A stretch of 64,000 bases of DNA from Chrysomallon squamiferum (lineage: Eukaryota > Animalia > Mollusca). The notes below the pieces were generated by a model. It was not told where the DNA came from, did not search any database, and worked only from the letters and a program-made list of their open reading frames with translations. This document shows, piece by piece, positions 14,024 through 35,649 of the stretch; position 1 is the stretch's first letter; every line of letters begins with the position of its first letter. The DNA is taken from the NCBI GenBank assembly GCA_012295275.1, contig CM022674.1, positions 1,798,001 to 1,862,000 of the forward strand, written 5' to 3'. The translations under genes and the position numbers were made by a program.

Positions 14024-14058
14024 GAATCTTTCTTTAGTTCAGTAACAGGATTTAGTTA

Positions 14059-14151
<93 letters not shown>

Positions 14152-14198
14152 CCAAATAAAAACATACAGAATTTAAGATAGAGATTCGTGAACACAGC

Positions 14199-14552
14199 TA
14201 CTACCAACAGATTTATTTTGAAAATGAAAATGATGTTAAATTATTTTAATACTTAAGGCATAGTATTTACTTACAGTTACAGAATTCAAGTCATTCTCAT
14301 TTCATATTCTGTAATATTAAATGGTGATAGAAACACGTTTAAAAAAACTAACATAGTTGATGTTATGAATATTGTTTGGCATGGTGTTTAAATTATTTCC
14401 AGTTTTGCACGTAAAGAGATAGAAATATATTTAATTATGTTCCTACAGTCACTGGTTCGAACACGAAAGTAGCCAAAGAAGAAAAAAATTCTGCTGATCT
14501 TCCAATCTCATGTTTTTTTCGTTATCATTGCTGTGAATGATTATTTATCTAA

Positions 14553-14618
<66 letters not shown>

Positions 14619-15465
14619 CAATTACTGAAATACTAATGAAATCATACTTTCTTATTTTCTTGTAAACTGTTTATTGTTTCCAAAGCTGACAAAAATCTAC
14701 TTTGAGTTTCCATGAAAACTGTTTTGTTTCCATGGAGACAAACTACTATTATATACTTCATTAAGAAAAGCAAATATAATATGTAGAAACTCGGTCTTTT
14801 TTTTTTTTTCTCTTTCTTTTGCAGGTGGAGTTTCGTTTTGTTGAGAGCAATTTCACCAACGGTTACTGACTGAATTTCAATCAACACAATTAAAACTTCA
14901 TATTAAAGGATATTTTAAAATGTATTTTTACTTACATTTTTCTGTTCATTTACATTTTTTAAATTCTTGACAATAATGTCTTCATCATTGTGTTCATAAT
15001 AATTTTCGAAATACGGTTTTTTTCACAGACTTGTTTAATTTATGCAGACATTTTACCGTTAAAACAATTTTTCAACTGATAATTCTAACAAAATTCTTAC
15101 TATAATGGCTATATAATTTTCAAAAGTTCAGCGTTCGCTATTATTCCAACACATTTTTTTTTAAATTATTATCCAAGATTAACCAACAAATAACGGCGCA
15201 GAGTTCTTTCTTATGGTTTTTTTCTTGCGTTGAAAACGGTGTTTGTGTCCATGCAAATGACGATGTCGTCGTTGATGTTTGTCTCTTCTGTTGACGATGA
15301 AGTCGAGGATCTGACTGATTTGTCTCAGAGCATGGAGGACAAACAACTTCTTTCCGTGTCTGTTTCTGACGGCTCTGTCAGTTTTCTTCAACGTAGCATT
15401 TCTTCTTAACCTTCGACCCCTCAGTTTCACTTCAGTGCTGTCATCTGATTTCATCAACATTTCTC
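14199..15465. repeat. Segmental duplication copy B (3' UTR plus end of CDS of the peptide gene)
   Basis: Direct repeat of ~11241-12478. Confidence 0.9.
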
Positions 15466-16400
15466 TGAATTTCGAAAGATAAAGATCTGGGATCCCAGCA
15501 GAATCAGACAGAGTTGGTTGGTAGACATTTCCTGGATTTTCAGTCAGTCTCTTCATTGCAGTGTGGTGGTCATCATTTCTATCTGTCAACACAGAGGCGT
15601 GACTGAGTTTCTCAAATACATCTTTAAAGACGCTGTCTGCACCATCTCTTCCTTTGATTTCAAACTCAGACTTGCCTAGTAAATCTACAAGTAATAAATA
15701 TTTTCATCATATCTTTGTTTTTAGTTTATATGTTTTCATTACTTCTTTTTTTCATAAATGTATATTTTCATTGTGCAATTATATATATTCTCTTGTTGCC
15801 TGCATTCAGCATCACCCACAAGTGGATTTAATTTTGCTATTTAAGTTGTATACATACACTGTAGAAAAATAATTTAAAAAAATACTTACTGTAAAGATGT
15901 ACACACTGCAGTTGAAGAGAAAACAAAGAGAAGATGAAGATGTTTCTTGCATTTTTTGAAACCTGAGGGAAACAAAAATAAAATATCAAAAGAATGCCCA
16001 TAAATATCATACATTTTCAGTGATAAACAAAAATCAAAGTGATTTTAAATTTTTTTTTTTTTTTTTAACATACGTATTCTAAATGAAATTAAGGAATTCC
16101 AATTTAGACGAAACGTTATATTTCTTCTATTCATTTTCTTATTTAATACTTCTGTTTTTTTTTTTATTAGGAGTAAACATTTTTCAACATACAGATCTTT
16201 TTTTATTTCATATTAATAAAACGACAATTGAGAAAAATAAAACAGAAGCAAACAAACGATGTGTATATAAAAAGAAAAAAAAAGAAATAACAATGAAAAC
16301 TGACCAACCCGTCCCTATAGATATAAAATATCACAGGAAAAACTAAACTAAACGAAATAAATATTATTTGCTTACCTTTTATTTGATGTAGGACAGCCAT
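15179..16400 (-). CDS. Putative secreted neuropeptide-like precursor (~200 aa) with an ELH/CRF-like segment and C-terminal NSAPLFV-G-stop (PxFV-amide-like)
   Basis: Exons 16400-16376 (MAVLHQIK G|gtaagc), 15962-15890 (ctcag| ... |gtaagt) and 15684-15179 (ttgtag|AT TTA CTA GGC..., open to TAA). Joining them needs one A removed from the A6 run at 15952-15957. That gives MAVLHQIKGFKNARNIFIFSLFSLQLQCVHLYNLLGKSEF..., which resembles a signal peptide. Several KR/RR/RLRR/KK cleavage sites are present, and a terminal Gly could serve as amide donor. Confidence 0.6.
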
Positions 16401-16499
16401 TTTTCCTGATGTTTCAGATGTAACGAATTCTGCTGAATGACTTCTGTTACAAATCTTTATAGATGTATGTATTTATATCTTTCTATCTATATATATGTA

Positions 16500-16538
<39 letters not shown>

Positions 16539-16616
16539 GATAATTTCAAAAATAGCATCTGCTTCCTTTCTTCCGATTCTTTTTGTTTCCTTTTTTTTCC
16601 CTACTACCATAAACCT

Positions 16617-16681
<65 letters not shown>

Positions 16682-16686
16682 ACGAA

Positions 16687-16721
<35 letters not shown>

Positions 16722-16759
16722 AACACCAAACTCGCTAAAAAAATAAAAATAAAAGGCAT

Positions 16760-17500
16760 CTGCACTGAACTAGTTTTATTTTAACACTGAGATGATTGTT
16801 TTAGTTGACTATTCAGAACTAGTTTTATTTTATTCACTGAATATTACATTGTACGTAAACTTGACTATTCCTGTTTTATTTTATACACTGAATAATAAAA
16901 ATCTTTAAAAGGAACTATTTTATTTTATTCACTGAATATTACTGAACTAGTTTTATTTTATTTTATACACTGAATATTACTATTGTACGTATCTTTAGTT
17001 GACTATTCAGAACTAGTTTTATTTTATACACTGAATATTACTATTGTACGTATCTTTAGTTGACTATTCAGAACTAGTTTTATTTTATACACTGAATATT
17101 ACTATTGTACGTATCTTTAGTTGACTATTCAGAACTAGTTTTATTTTATTCACTGAATATTACTATTGTACGTATCTTTAGTTGACTATTCAGAACTAGT
17201 TTTATTTTATACACTGAATATTACTATTGTACGTATCTTTAGTTGACTATTCAGAACTAGTTTTATTTTATTCACTGAATATTACTATTGTACGTATCTT
17301 TAGTTGACTATTCAGAACTAGTTTTATTTTATACACTGAATATTACTATTGTACGTATCTTTAGTTGACTATTCAGAACTAGTTTTATTTTATACACTGA
17401 ATATTACTATTGTACGTATCTTTAGTTGACTATTCAGAACTAGTTTTATTTTATACACTGAATATTACTATTAATCTTTAACTATTCAGAACTAGTTATG
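16760..17500. repeat. 61-bp minisatellite, ~8 near-perfect copies plus degenerate flanking units
   Basis: Unit actgaatattactattgtacgtatctttagttgactattcagaactagttttattttat(a/t)c, with register at 16981, 17042, 17103, 17164 and onward. Two diverged units lie at ~12955-13050. Confidence 0.95.
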
Positions 17501-17527
17501 TGGTTATTTTATACTCTTAATAATGTG

Positions 17528-18888
17528 GTTTCAGGATAATTGCCCCCCGGGAAAACTGACCCGGACATTAAGCCCAGGACAACTCCCCCCCCCACGACAA
17601 TTTTCCCCCATTTTTTCTTCCAATATACCATTCAGAATGATTTTCAAGCAACAATAAATTAGCCTATCAAAGTGTTACCTTAAACTTCATTAAAGGCATT
17701 TGGATTACTTTCATCTGGTAAAACATTTTATAAAAATATCCTAACATCACCTAACATCAAAGCTAACAAGAGTCAGCTAATTACTAATTCAGGCTGATTA
17801 AACGCTGAAGATTCCTTTGATTTGGCAAGTGATCTATAACTGAGATGAATAAACAGTATATTAGCTCATGCCTTGTAACACAAATATTATATTCTATCAG
17901 ATAGATTTCAGTAAGTCGGAACGTGGACATCCAAAACTTGCCATCAGTAGGAACTCAAAGGTCGAGTGATTTCTTACGAGTGTAAAGAAAGAAGACAAAG
18001 CTAAACTGTACTGTGACTGGATGCTTCTTTCCTTTGAGGCAATGCATCTGGCGCCAAATTCAGCTCATCAGTTTGACAGTTCGCTACAGTACTGATGAAG
18101 AGTTTGTTTGAACTGATACCTCACATAGCTGCAATTGCACTGGTTCCAGTGGACGAAGTAACGGCAGCTTCTGAAGCACAATCTCATGATGATGACTCTG
18201 TGTTACCAATAGTGGAGAACTTTGAGGACAGCTTCACTGGTAGCCAGTATGGCAGAGCTGGTCGGCAGACGTGAACAACGTTACAACGTTGGCATGTGGA
18301 AGATGCACCAGAGGTGGGAAAAGAATTTGTCGTAGACTAACATCTTCGTGGAAGGATGGCACTGTCACTTGAACTTCTGGAAGTTTGTAGACGTGTTAAT
18401 AAAGCGTGAACAAGCACTGAATGAACTGGAAATAAACGAGATGATTGACGAGCGGAAGCACCTCGACCACTTCACTGAAAAATACCAAGAAACTTCACTG
18501 GGTTTGCTGAGACTGATCAGACGGCGTGTAAATAGACAGGTCCTGAACTGTTTGAGTGGAACAGAAGAGAACCTAAAAGTGTCAGTGAACTCTTCTTGTA
18601 AGACGTACTTTAGTGTACACGGTTATTGTTGAGCCTGTACTTGTGAATGAGCTGTTGCTATAGAAAGCTTTACTAGAGAACCATGGACAGGGACTCCTCT
18701 GAATTTCATTTTATTTCATGTTACTTTAGGATGTATTTAAAAAAAAAAATTGTCTTTATGTATATATGTCGTTATGCTTGAAAATACTGAGGAAGTTGTC
18801 CAAGGGGGGGCAGTTTTTCTGGTGCAATTATCAGGTGACAGTTGTCCGAGGGGGACAGTTGTCAGGGTGGCAAATGTCCTAGAATCCT
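17528..18888 (+). mobile_element. Decayed Mutator-like (MULE/Phantom-type) DNA transposon with repetitive TIRs and transposase remnants
   Basis: The left end ggtttcaggataattgccccccgggaaaactgacccggaca... and the right end ...gggacagttgtcagggtggcaaatgtcctagaatcc are imperfect inverted repeats built from GGACAACTGCCC-like units. Internal frameshifted fragments IAAIALVPVDEV...VENFEDSFTG and VEGWH...NFWKFVDVLIKREQALNE resemble the ALAFVP / YFEDTY / RTNNxxEGWH / PNIWKF motifs of MULE transposases. Confidence 0.7.
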
Positions 18889-19399
18889 ATTTTTATAATA
18901 TAAACTTAATACTACTGTTATATTATATTATATTAGAATTAATTTATATATGTGAATACTCTAAAAAGAAAAAAGAACTGGAGCGCAGTGTAGTAGGATT
19001 AATTTAGTTTCCTCTTTGAATTATTTAAATAAAATATATACATATATATATATAAATTTCAGTAATAATAATAATAAGAAGAAGAAGAAGAAGAAGAATG
19101 TAATATAGGTTACACACATATACAATCACCCAGATAAACGTACACATTAACCTACAAGTCTGAACTCAATAAAATATTTTTTAAAAGTCGACATGACATT
19201 TTTCTGTAACAGAGTTTAAGTCTGCCTGAATAAGTCTGTGTGGGCGTTTTTGAACTTCAGCAATGACAAAGCTGCAATTAGAGTAATTTCGTGAACTCGC
19301 GTGTGAACTGACAAATAAATTGCCCGTGCTTTGACATAATACGATACTGTGTGAATTGTTTGAAATATTCGTTTTTAAAATTTGAAAACAGTAAATGGC

Positions 19400-19493
19400 A
19401 ATAGTAGCTGCAGCAGCAGTAGTAGTAGTAGTAGTAGTAGCTGCAGCAGTAGTAGTAGTAGTGGAACCAGAAGTAGAAATAGTAGTAATGGTG

Positions 19494-19535
<42 letters not shown>

Positions 19536-20067
19536 CAGTAGGTGTAGTTGTAGTCGTAGTAGAAGTAATAGTAATATTAGTAGTAGGAATAGTAGTAGTA
19601 GGAATGTAGTAGTAGTAGTAATAGTAAATGTAGAATGTGTAGTAGTAGTAGTAGTAGTACTGTCACTGGTGGTGGTAGTTGTAATGGTAGCTGTAGTGGT
19701 TGTAGAATATGTATTAACAGTGGTGGCGGTGTTAGAAGAAGAAGAAACAGTAAAAGCTGTAGTTGTAGTAGTAAAAGCTGTAGTTGTTGTTGTACTACTA
19801 GTAGTGCTGCATTACTAGTAGTAGTTGCAGACGTAACAGTAATAGTTGCAGAATAACGGTAGGTTGAAGTAATAGTATAGTAGTAGTAGTAGTAAAATAA
19901 CGGTGGTTGGAAGTAGTAGTAATAGTATTACTAATTGTAGTAGTATTACTAATTGAACTTATAGCAGTAGTAGTAGTAGTAAAATAAGCGATATTACTAA
20001 TTGAACTTATAGTTATAGTACTAGTAGAACTTAGTAGTAGTAGTAGTAGTAGTAGTAGTATCATAGC

Positions 20068-20103
<36 letters not shown>

Positions 20104-20130
20104 TGCAGTAGTAGTAGTAGTATAGTAGTA
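19400..20130. repeat. Long degenerate (TAG)n low-complexity block
   Basis: Mostly gtagtagta with interruptions. Confidence 0.9.
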
Positions 20131-20869
20131 GTATTTGGCCTATTTAACGTTAGTTTTGTTTCTAAGATTGAAAATAAATTAGATTATATTAACAAAATTG
20201 TCAGATTATACATTTAGATCAATATTTATAATCATCCAGGCCCCTTTGAGCAGTTTCAGAAAAGGATGAATAATAGGCCTATATCTGTTAATAAATAAAA
20301 TAAAATAAATAAATAAAAAACTGGGATGCAACATACGTATAGTTTATCTTTACAGTAATAATCTAAAGACAGATCAATAAAACACTAATCATTTTTAGTC
20401 GTTGATAGGCTGCAAACCAGCATTAAGTCTATCCAGCGAGTTTATGAACGAATGTAAAAAAAAAAAACACGATGATTAATTAGAAAAGTAAACACAGCTT
20501 GTTTCTACCGCAGAAAGACACGCTGCACTCAATGGCCGCCATTTGTCAACAGTAGACTGGCAACTGTTTACTTTACACTCATCAATTACTTGATGAACCG
20601 CTCGACTCACAAAACCCGTCTGCCAGTCAACGATAAATGTTTTTGTTAGCAGTAATAGACTTAGTGGTCCTTAGATGCACGGTGACACTTTACTAACTCG
20701 GGCAAAACGTGAAATAACGCCGTCGTAATTTTACATTCGATACGCCCGGCCTGTTTCAGAAAGGTAAGTGTGGTAGTATTCTACAGATTTAATTACGTTT
20801 TCAGGCTTGAACTTATAAAGCAGAGAATCAGAAAAAAAAAAAAACTGATTCGTCATTATTAATATTGTT

Positions 20870-21500
20870 ATTACTACTGCTAATGTCATTATCACAACTG
20901 TAGATATTGCTGTTGTCGACTTTGCGATTAGTACTGATACTACTACCGCTACTTTTACTACAACTACTACTACTAGTACTACTACTACTACTACTACTAC
21001 TACTACCATTGCTACTACTACTACAATTATCACTAAGACTACTATTACTACCAAAGCAACTGCAATACTGCTACTACAACTACAACTACTATTACTACTA
21101 TTACCCGCCACTATCACTCCTACTATTATTGTTAGTACTACTACTACGACTACTATTACTATTACTGCTACTATTACTACTACTACTATTACTACTTCTG
21201 TTGCTACTACTATTACTGTTACTACCACTACTACTATTACAATACTATTACTACTACTACTTCTACTATTACTACTACTGCTACTATTACTGCTACTACT
21301 ACTACTACTACTATTACTACTATTACTACAACTACAAGTTCCTCTGCTGTTCCTATTACAGTGATATCTGCTACTGAAATTTGTACTATTACTTTCTCTG
21401 TTATTATTTTTATTGCTACGGCTACAGCAACCACTGCTACTACTACTGCAATAAAAAATACTAGTGACTTCTATTGTTATTGTTGCTGTCGGTGTTCATA
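20870..21500. repeat. Long degenerate (CTA)n low-complexity block
   Basis: Mostly tactactac; reverse-complement polarity relative to 19400-20130. Confidence 0.9.
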
Positions 21501-21824
21501 TTGTTGATTATCCTTCTACTAACGTCATTGTTGTCGGTACATCTTAACCATCATGAAAATCAATATAACAATTTTTTTTTTTTTTTTTCCCCAGATTAAA
21601 GAAAAAATCAGAATCAAATTTAATTATCTTTAGCTCGCATATACTAAGTAATGAAAGATATTTGAACTATCTTAGAAAGAAAAAAAACGATGCCATCACT
21701 ACAGATTAATTTCTATAATTAAATTTTTTTTTTATTTATTTATTATTATCATTATTTTTGTATATATATTATTTCTGATATTTTATTTTCAGTCAAAAAA
21801 AAAAAAAGTAAATATTATATATTG

Positions 21825-21879
<55 letters not shown>

Positions 21880-22822
21880 ATATACGAACAAATGACAATA
21901 ATTAGAAAAAATATATATATAATAGAACATAAATCAGTTTACATTTCAAATAATATATTTCTATTTAGAGGAACAATAAATAAATTAATTAATTTCAAGT
22001 GAATGAATTTAAAAATACTTAAGTAATATAATATAACTGTTAGAAGAGGAAGAAATAAAGCCATTTTCGTAGGATTCATACAGTAATAATATCTCAAATG
22101 ATCAAGGCGCACATAACACAACAATGAATAAATAAATCGACAAAGTAAAGGGAGGAAAGCGGCTTTCAGAATGTACATTCCAAGCCAAACAATTGCAAAC
22201 AACGGGCAAACCAACAAAGAAACGAAACTGATCTTTTATTTCTCTATAATTCATAACAAATCAGATCCTGTTTTATACGCCTTGTACACCCGATAAAAGC
22301 GTTGATAAAGGTTAGGTCAGACATACGGAGTCACGATAACGATTTTTATAAGTGCTTGTAAAACACGTAACACGTAGACTGTTAATCTGGCCGTGCTTAC
22401 ACGCATTAGTTTTCTCGAATAATAAAAAAAAAAAAAAAAAAGCCTGTTCGTCGCCGTTACACGCATCGTTTCAATAATTACATATCGAGCCGAGGCAAAA
22501 AAAAAAAATCGATCATTGTTAATCTAAGACGCTTAGTGTGAAAACGCCGTTAGCAATTAACAGTAATAAATCAACGTTATAGGTGTACGTTAATAAAAGA
22601 AATATCTCTCCACTCAATAAACTGCAGCGACGCTGAAACATAACCTGTTCGCGCCGGTTTCTACTGCAGCTTTGACAAGATTCGCGCTCTTTTTTTTTTT
22701 TCTCTTTCCTCAGTTCAGGTGAAACGTTTGACACAGTCCGCGCGCGCCGACTTAAAACTGAAACATGTAATCAGCAAGGCGCCCGCCTTTTTCGTTCAAC
22801 CAAACGATAATCCAACGATCCG

Positions 22823-22856
<34 letters not shown>

Positions 22857-24718
22857 GAGGGGGAGGGAAAACATTATACGTACAGCAGAAGTCGGAAGAA
22901 AAAGTTTCGTTGTATTTAAAACAGTCTTAGCTTTCGAGGAGACGACTTCCATTTTCGATATACGCTCGCTGGTAAATTCTCGTTCCTACTAAAACGTGTT
23001 TCTAATTCTCGCTGCTGCTAAATACAGGTTTAATTTTCCGCTTATGTTGCTGATTCTTTACGAGTGACGTTTATAAATCTGGTCCTACTGCTGAAAAAAA
23101 AAAAAAAAAAAAAAAACGGGACGTAACTTCGTTATAAATCTGGTTTGTAAACTACGTCAACGAACTGTATATATATCTTCAGTCGTATTGGTTACCTCGT
23201 TCTACTGAAAATAGTTTTCTTTTCATTGATTATTCTTTATCGTAATATCATATTTTATACATTTCGAACTACTAAGAAAGGGATTAATTTCCACAAGCAT
23301 TTCAGTACAGCTTGTGTTTATAAATGTCGCCCATATACCAAAAACGGGCTCACTTCCAACAATCGTTGTTTCAATAGAGAGCTCGTGTTTCCGAAATCTC
23401 GTCCTACTTAAAACAGGTTTTAGTTTCGGCGAGAGTACTTCACAGAAACTCGAGTTTATCGCCGGAGTACCTCTTGGCCAGTGAAAGGAGAATTAACACA
23501 GATTGTGATAAAAACTCTATAAAATGCCGAAAAGATTGCGCTCTAATTCGGAGAATACAGAACTGAATAAAAGGTGTGTGTATAAGGCGATAAAAGGATA
23601 TAAAACTGGATAAAAGAAATTTTGTTTTTGGATCATGTTTGCGTTTACTGAGTTTAACGTGAAGTAAAAAAAGAAAAAAGAGAAAAAGAAAGAAAGAAAA
23701 AAAGAAAATATTTCCTAATGTAGAAGTTTACGTACAGAAAAAAAAATATTCGAGCAATGAAAAAGGAATGTTTTAATACTGTTTACATTTTCTTACTTAC
23801 ATTAGAGGACTAGAAAAATTCACGGTAACAAACAAAAGAAAGAACTAAATTACGCTATAAAATAACAGGACGGTTAAAAACAGCTAGTAACATGGAACTG
23901 AAGCAAGGACGTTAGAAGATTGTTAAAACAAGGGAACCCAGAAACCTGGATAATACGGATCAGTTTTATAGTGGACGGTATTAACAGGTGAAGGACAAAA
24001 TAGCAGCACGGAAATCAAAGTATTATATTTATGATGTAAAGAAATAATAAGTCACGGACTTTGGAAACGTGTTCAAGCTTTTGAACAATTAAACGCGACA
24101 CTGGAAAAGATCTGAAGATATTCGCTAAATTCAGTCAAACACATAGAGAGAGAAATTAAACCATTAAAAAGAGATTATTTCGTGGAAGCCGTTGGAGTTT
24201 AACACAGCTAAATCTGTAAGTTAAAATCCTAAAGACATACATGTGTATATATGTATGTATATCTATCTTTATTTCTATATCTCTCTCTTTCTATCTATCT
24301 ATCTATCTATCTATCTAGATATCTGTCTGTCTTTCTTTCCCCCCATCTCTTCTTTCTGAAACTATTCTCTTCATATATATTTTTTTTAATCCTTTTTGCT
24401 ATTTTTTTTATTTTTATTACTTAACTTCTTTTTTATTTCTTTTTCTCCTTTTAATGTATCTTCTTTTCTTTTTCTTTTTTTTTTTTTTTTTCCAGTCTTA
24501 TTTCTGTTTTGGTTTATTCTGTAAAACATTCAGTGAGTCGGTTAATTATGGAAGTATATTACTGGTATTAAATGTAAAATAATGTTTATCGATCAAACTT
24601 TCTACTTTTTCTCTTCTCATCATGAAAACCCTATTGACGTACTTTGTTGCTGTTTTGTTATGTCTTTTTATCTATTTTTTTATTTGCTTTTTTACTCTAG
24701 TTATAAATAGCTTACACA

Positions 24719-24763
<45 letters not shown>

Positions 24764-25046
24764 TTTCTCTGTCTGTTTTTTTTTTTTATTAATCTTTCAT
24801 GATTTTAATTTGGCAATGGTTGTTTTGGGGTTTTTTTTTTTTCATTCTGCCCAAGCTCCACAATTTGTTTATCAATAAACCTGGAATGTTCTTTTTTTTT
24901 TTTTTTTTCTTTTTTTTTTTTTTTTTACCTCTGGGAAGGTTCTTGTAAAAGATCTTTTGCTGCTAAGTGAAAAAAAAAAAGTAATTCATTAATGGTGTTT
25001 GTTGGTTAACTAGATTATCACTCTGCAAGACAACAGGTACCTGTTG

Positions 25047-25170
<124 letters not shown>

Positions 25171-25382
25171 AGAATTTTTCTGAAGTCAAAATACAGAATT
25201 GGGTTAAGATACTGCAGGAGAAGTGTGCAGCAAAATTAACGCTGATTATTATTTTAATAATTAATAACGTGGAATAGAATGATGAAATGATTTGCCACGA
25301 AAATGAGCTTCATGGCAGTACTCTGGATAAGCGGTTACAACAGGGTTAATATGAACATATTCAAAGTTGTTTCTACATAGTA

Positions 25383-25459
<77 letters not shown>

Positions 25460-25560
25460 TCTTGTTCTTCTTCTTCTTCTTCTTCTTCTTCTTCTTCTGC
25501 TATTAATCGTTATTCATTTCAATCGTTGCAGGGGAAACGACTCTTCATCGTCTGCACATC

Positions 25561-34264
<8,704 letters not shown>

Positions 34265-35041
34265 TTCATGAACAGTAATTAAGTCGTGACTGTATTAAAA
34301 GTATATTTATAGCTTACATTGTTTGTGTTGTTATTGCTATTGTTGTTGATGTTGCTGTTATTCTCTCTCTTTCTCTCTCTCTCTCTCTCTGTCAAGTGTT
34401 CATACGTCACGTATACAGTATAGAATAATAATATTTAACAGTGAATATTGTTGTTCGCATCTTTACTTTTTAGCATAATTTCATCGAAACAAATTAGCTG
34501 GCGATAGATTTGACGAGGTCCAGCTTTAGGAAAGACAGTGCAGCTTTTGGGCACTCTTAAATAGCCCTCATTACAGTATAGTGATATCTGACAAATCAAC
34601 ACTTCTCATAACATTTTGTATAAATTTCATACAATATATATATTTCAACTTTAAGTTAAAAAATACGGTCACAAGGTCAACAAAAGTATCCTTCGATCTA
34701 TATATCACTCCTCTAGGAAAAAATTATCAATGGTTTATGCGATATTGAAACCTGTCATAGAATTGTGCAAGAAACAGCATAATTGCCCACGCAGCAAAAC
34801 AATTAAAAAAAAAAAAAAAAGTCAAGATGAGATTCTAAAGATTTCTCTTTGTCTCCTTCTTCCTGCGCGTCTGTCAGAGCTGAACAATAACTGCAGAGGC
34901 TGAAAGCTGCGTCACAGCCTTGAAAATGACGTCACTGTAGCAGACTGCTTCGGTATCGTTTACGTCAGCAGTGAAAGACTAATGAGACAGTTCGACAAGA
35001 GGTGAAGTTACTTTGTGACAGATGAGAAACTCTGCGTGTAA

Positions 35042-35095
<54 letters not shown>

Positions 35096-35516
35096 AGATA
35101 ATAAATAATAATAACAACAACAACAACAATATTTCCTCTTTTTTTCAATTTGTTTTCTGTTAAGTAATTTTTATGTTAATTGGTTTTATCTCTTCGTTAA
35201 GGTTTGTATTTTCAGTTTCTTCCTCAGGTTTTATATTTTCGGACGTTACAGTAATTTTGATTTCTTTAATGATGATCTACTCATGTGACCTAATAGCTGT
35301 TACTGGTGCGTGACCATCGCACATTAAATGTATAGACTGAGTCTGAAATACCTTGCAGGATCCTGAAAGCCGAGATGTTATTTATTTATTTATTCATCAA
35401 GAGTACAGTTGAAAAAATATATATATACACAGGTATACACATACAAGCATGCATGCAAAGGCATACACACACATACACATACATCTGTAGTGTGTTTATA
35501 GGTGTTAAAAAGCGAA

Positions 35517-35585
<69 letters not shown>

Positions 35586-35649
35586 ACTAAAAACTTCACA
35601 ACTAATATTATTCATAAATAAAATTTAAAAAACAGCTGAATTTTTTTCA

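Noticed and set aside
15859-15889. 31-nt GT-AG micro-intron in the peptide gene
   Set aside because: It is too short, and every frame after it hits a stop. The single-base correction at 15952-15957 explains the gene better.
16760-17500. Regular 61-bp array that could be mistaken for a CRISPR array
   Set aside because: Units are head-to-tail with no unique spacers, there are no cas genes, and the context is eukaryotic. It is a minisatellite.
19382-21434. Val/Leu/Ser/Tyr-rich ORFs that look like membrane proteins
   Set aside because: They are products of (TAG)n/(CTA)n low-complexity DNA with no splice or domain support.
23750-24215. Purine-rich stretch resembling a decayed LINE or an upstream TRIM exon ending at a gtaagt donor
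   Set aside because: No open frame or recognisable motif was found, so it cannot be assigned from sequence alone.
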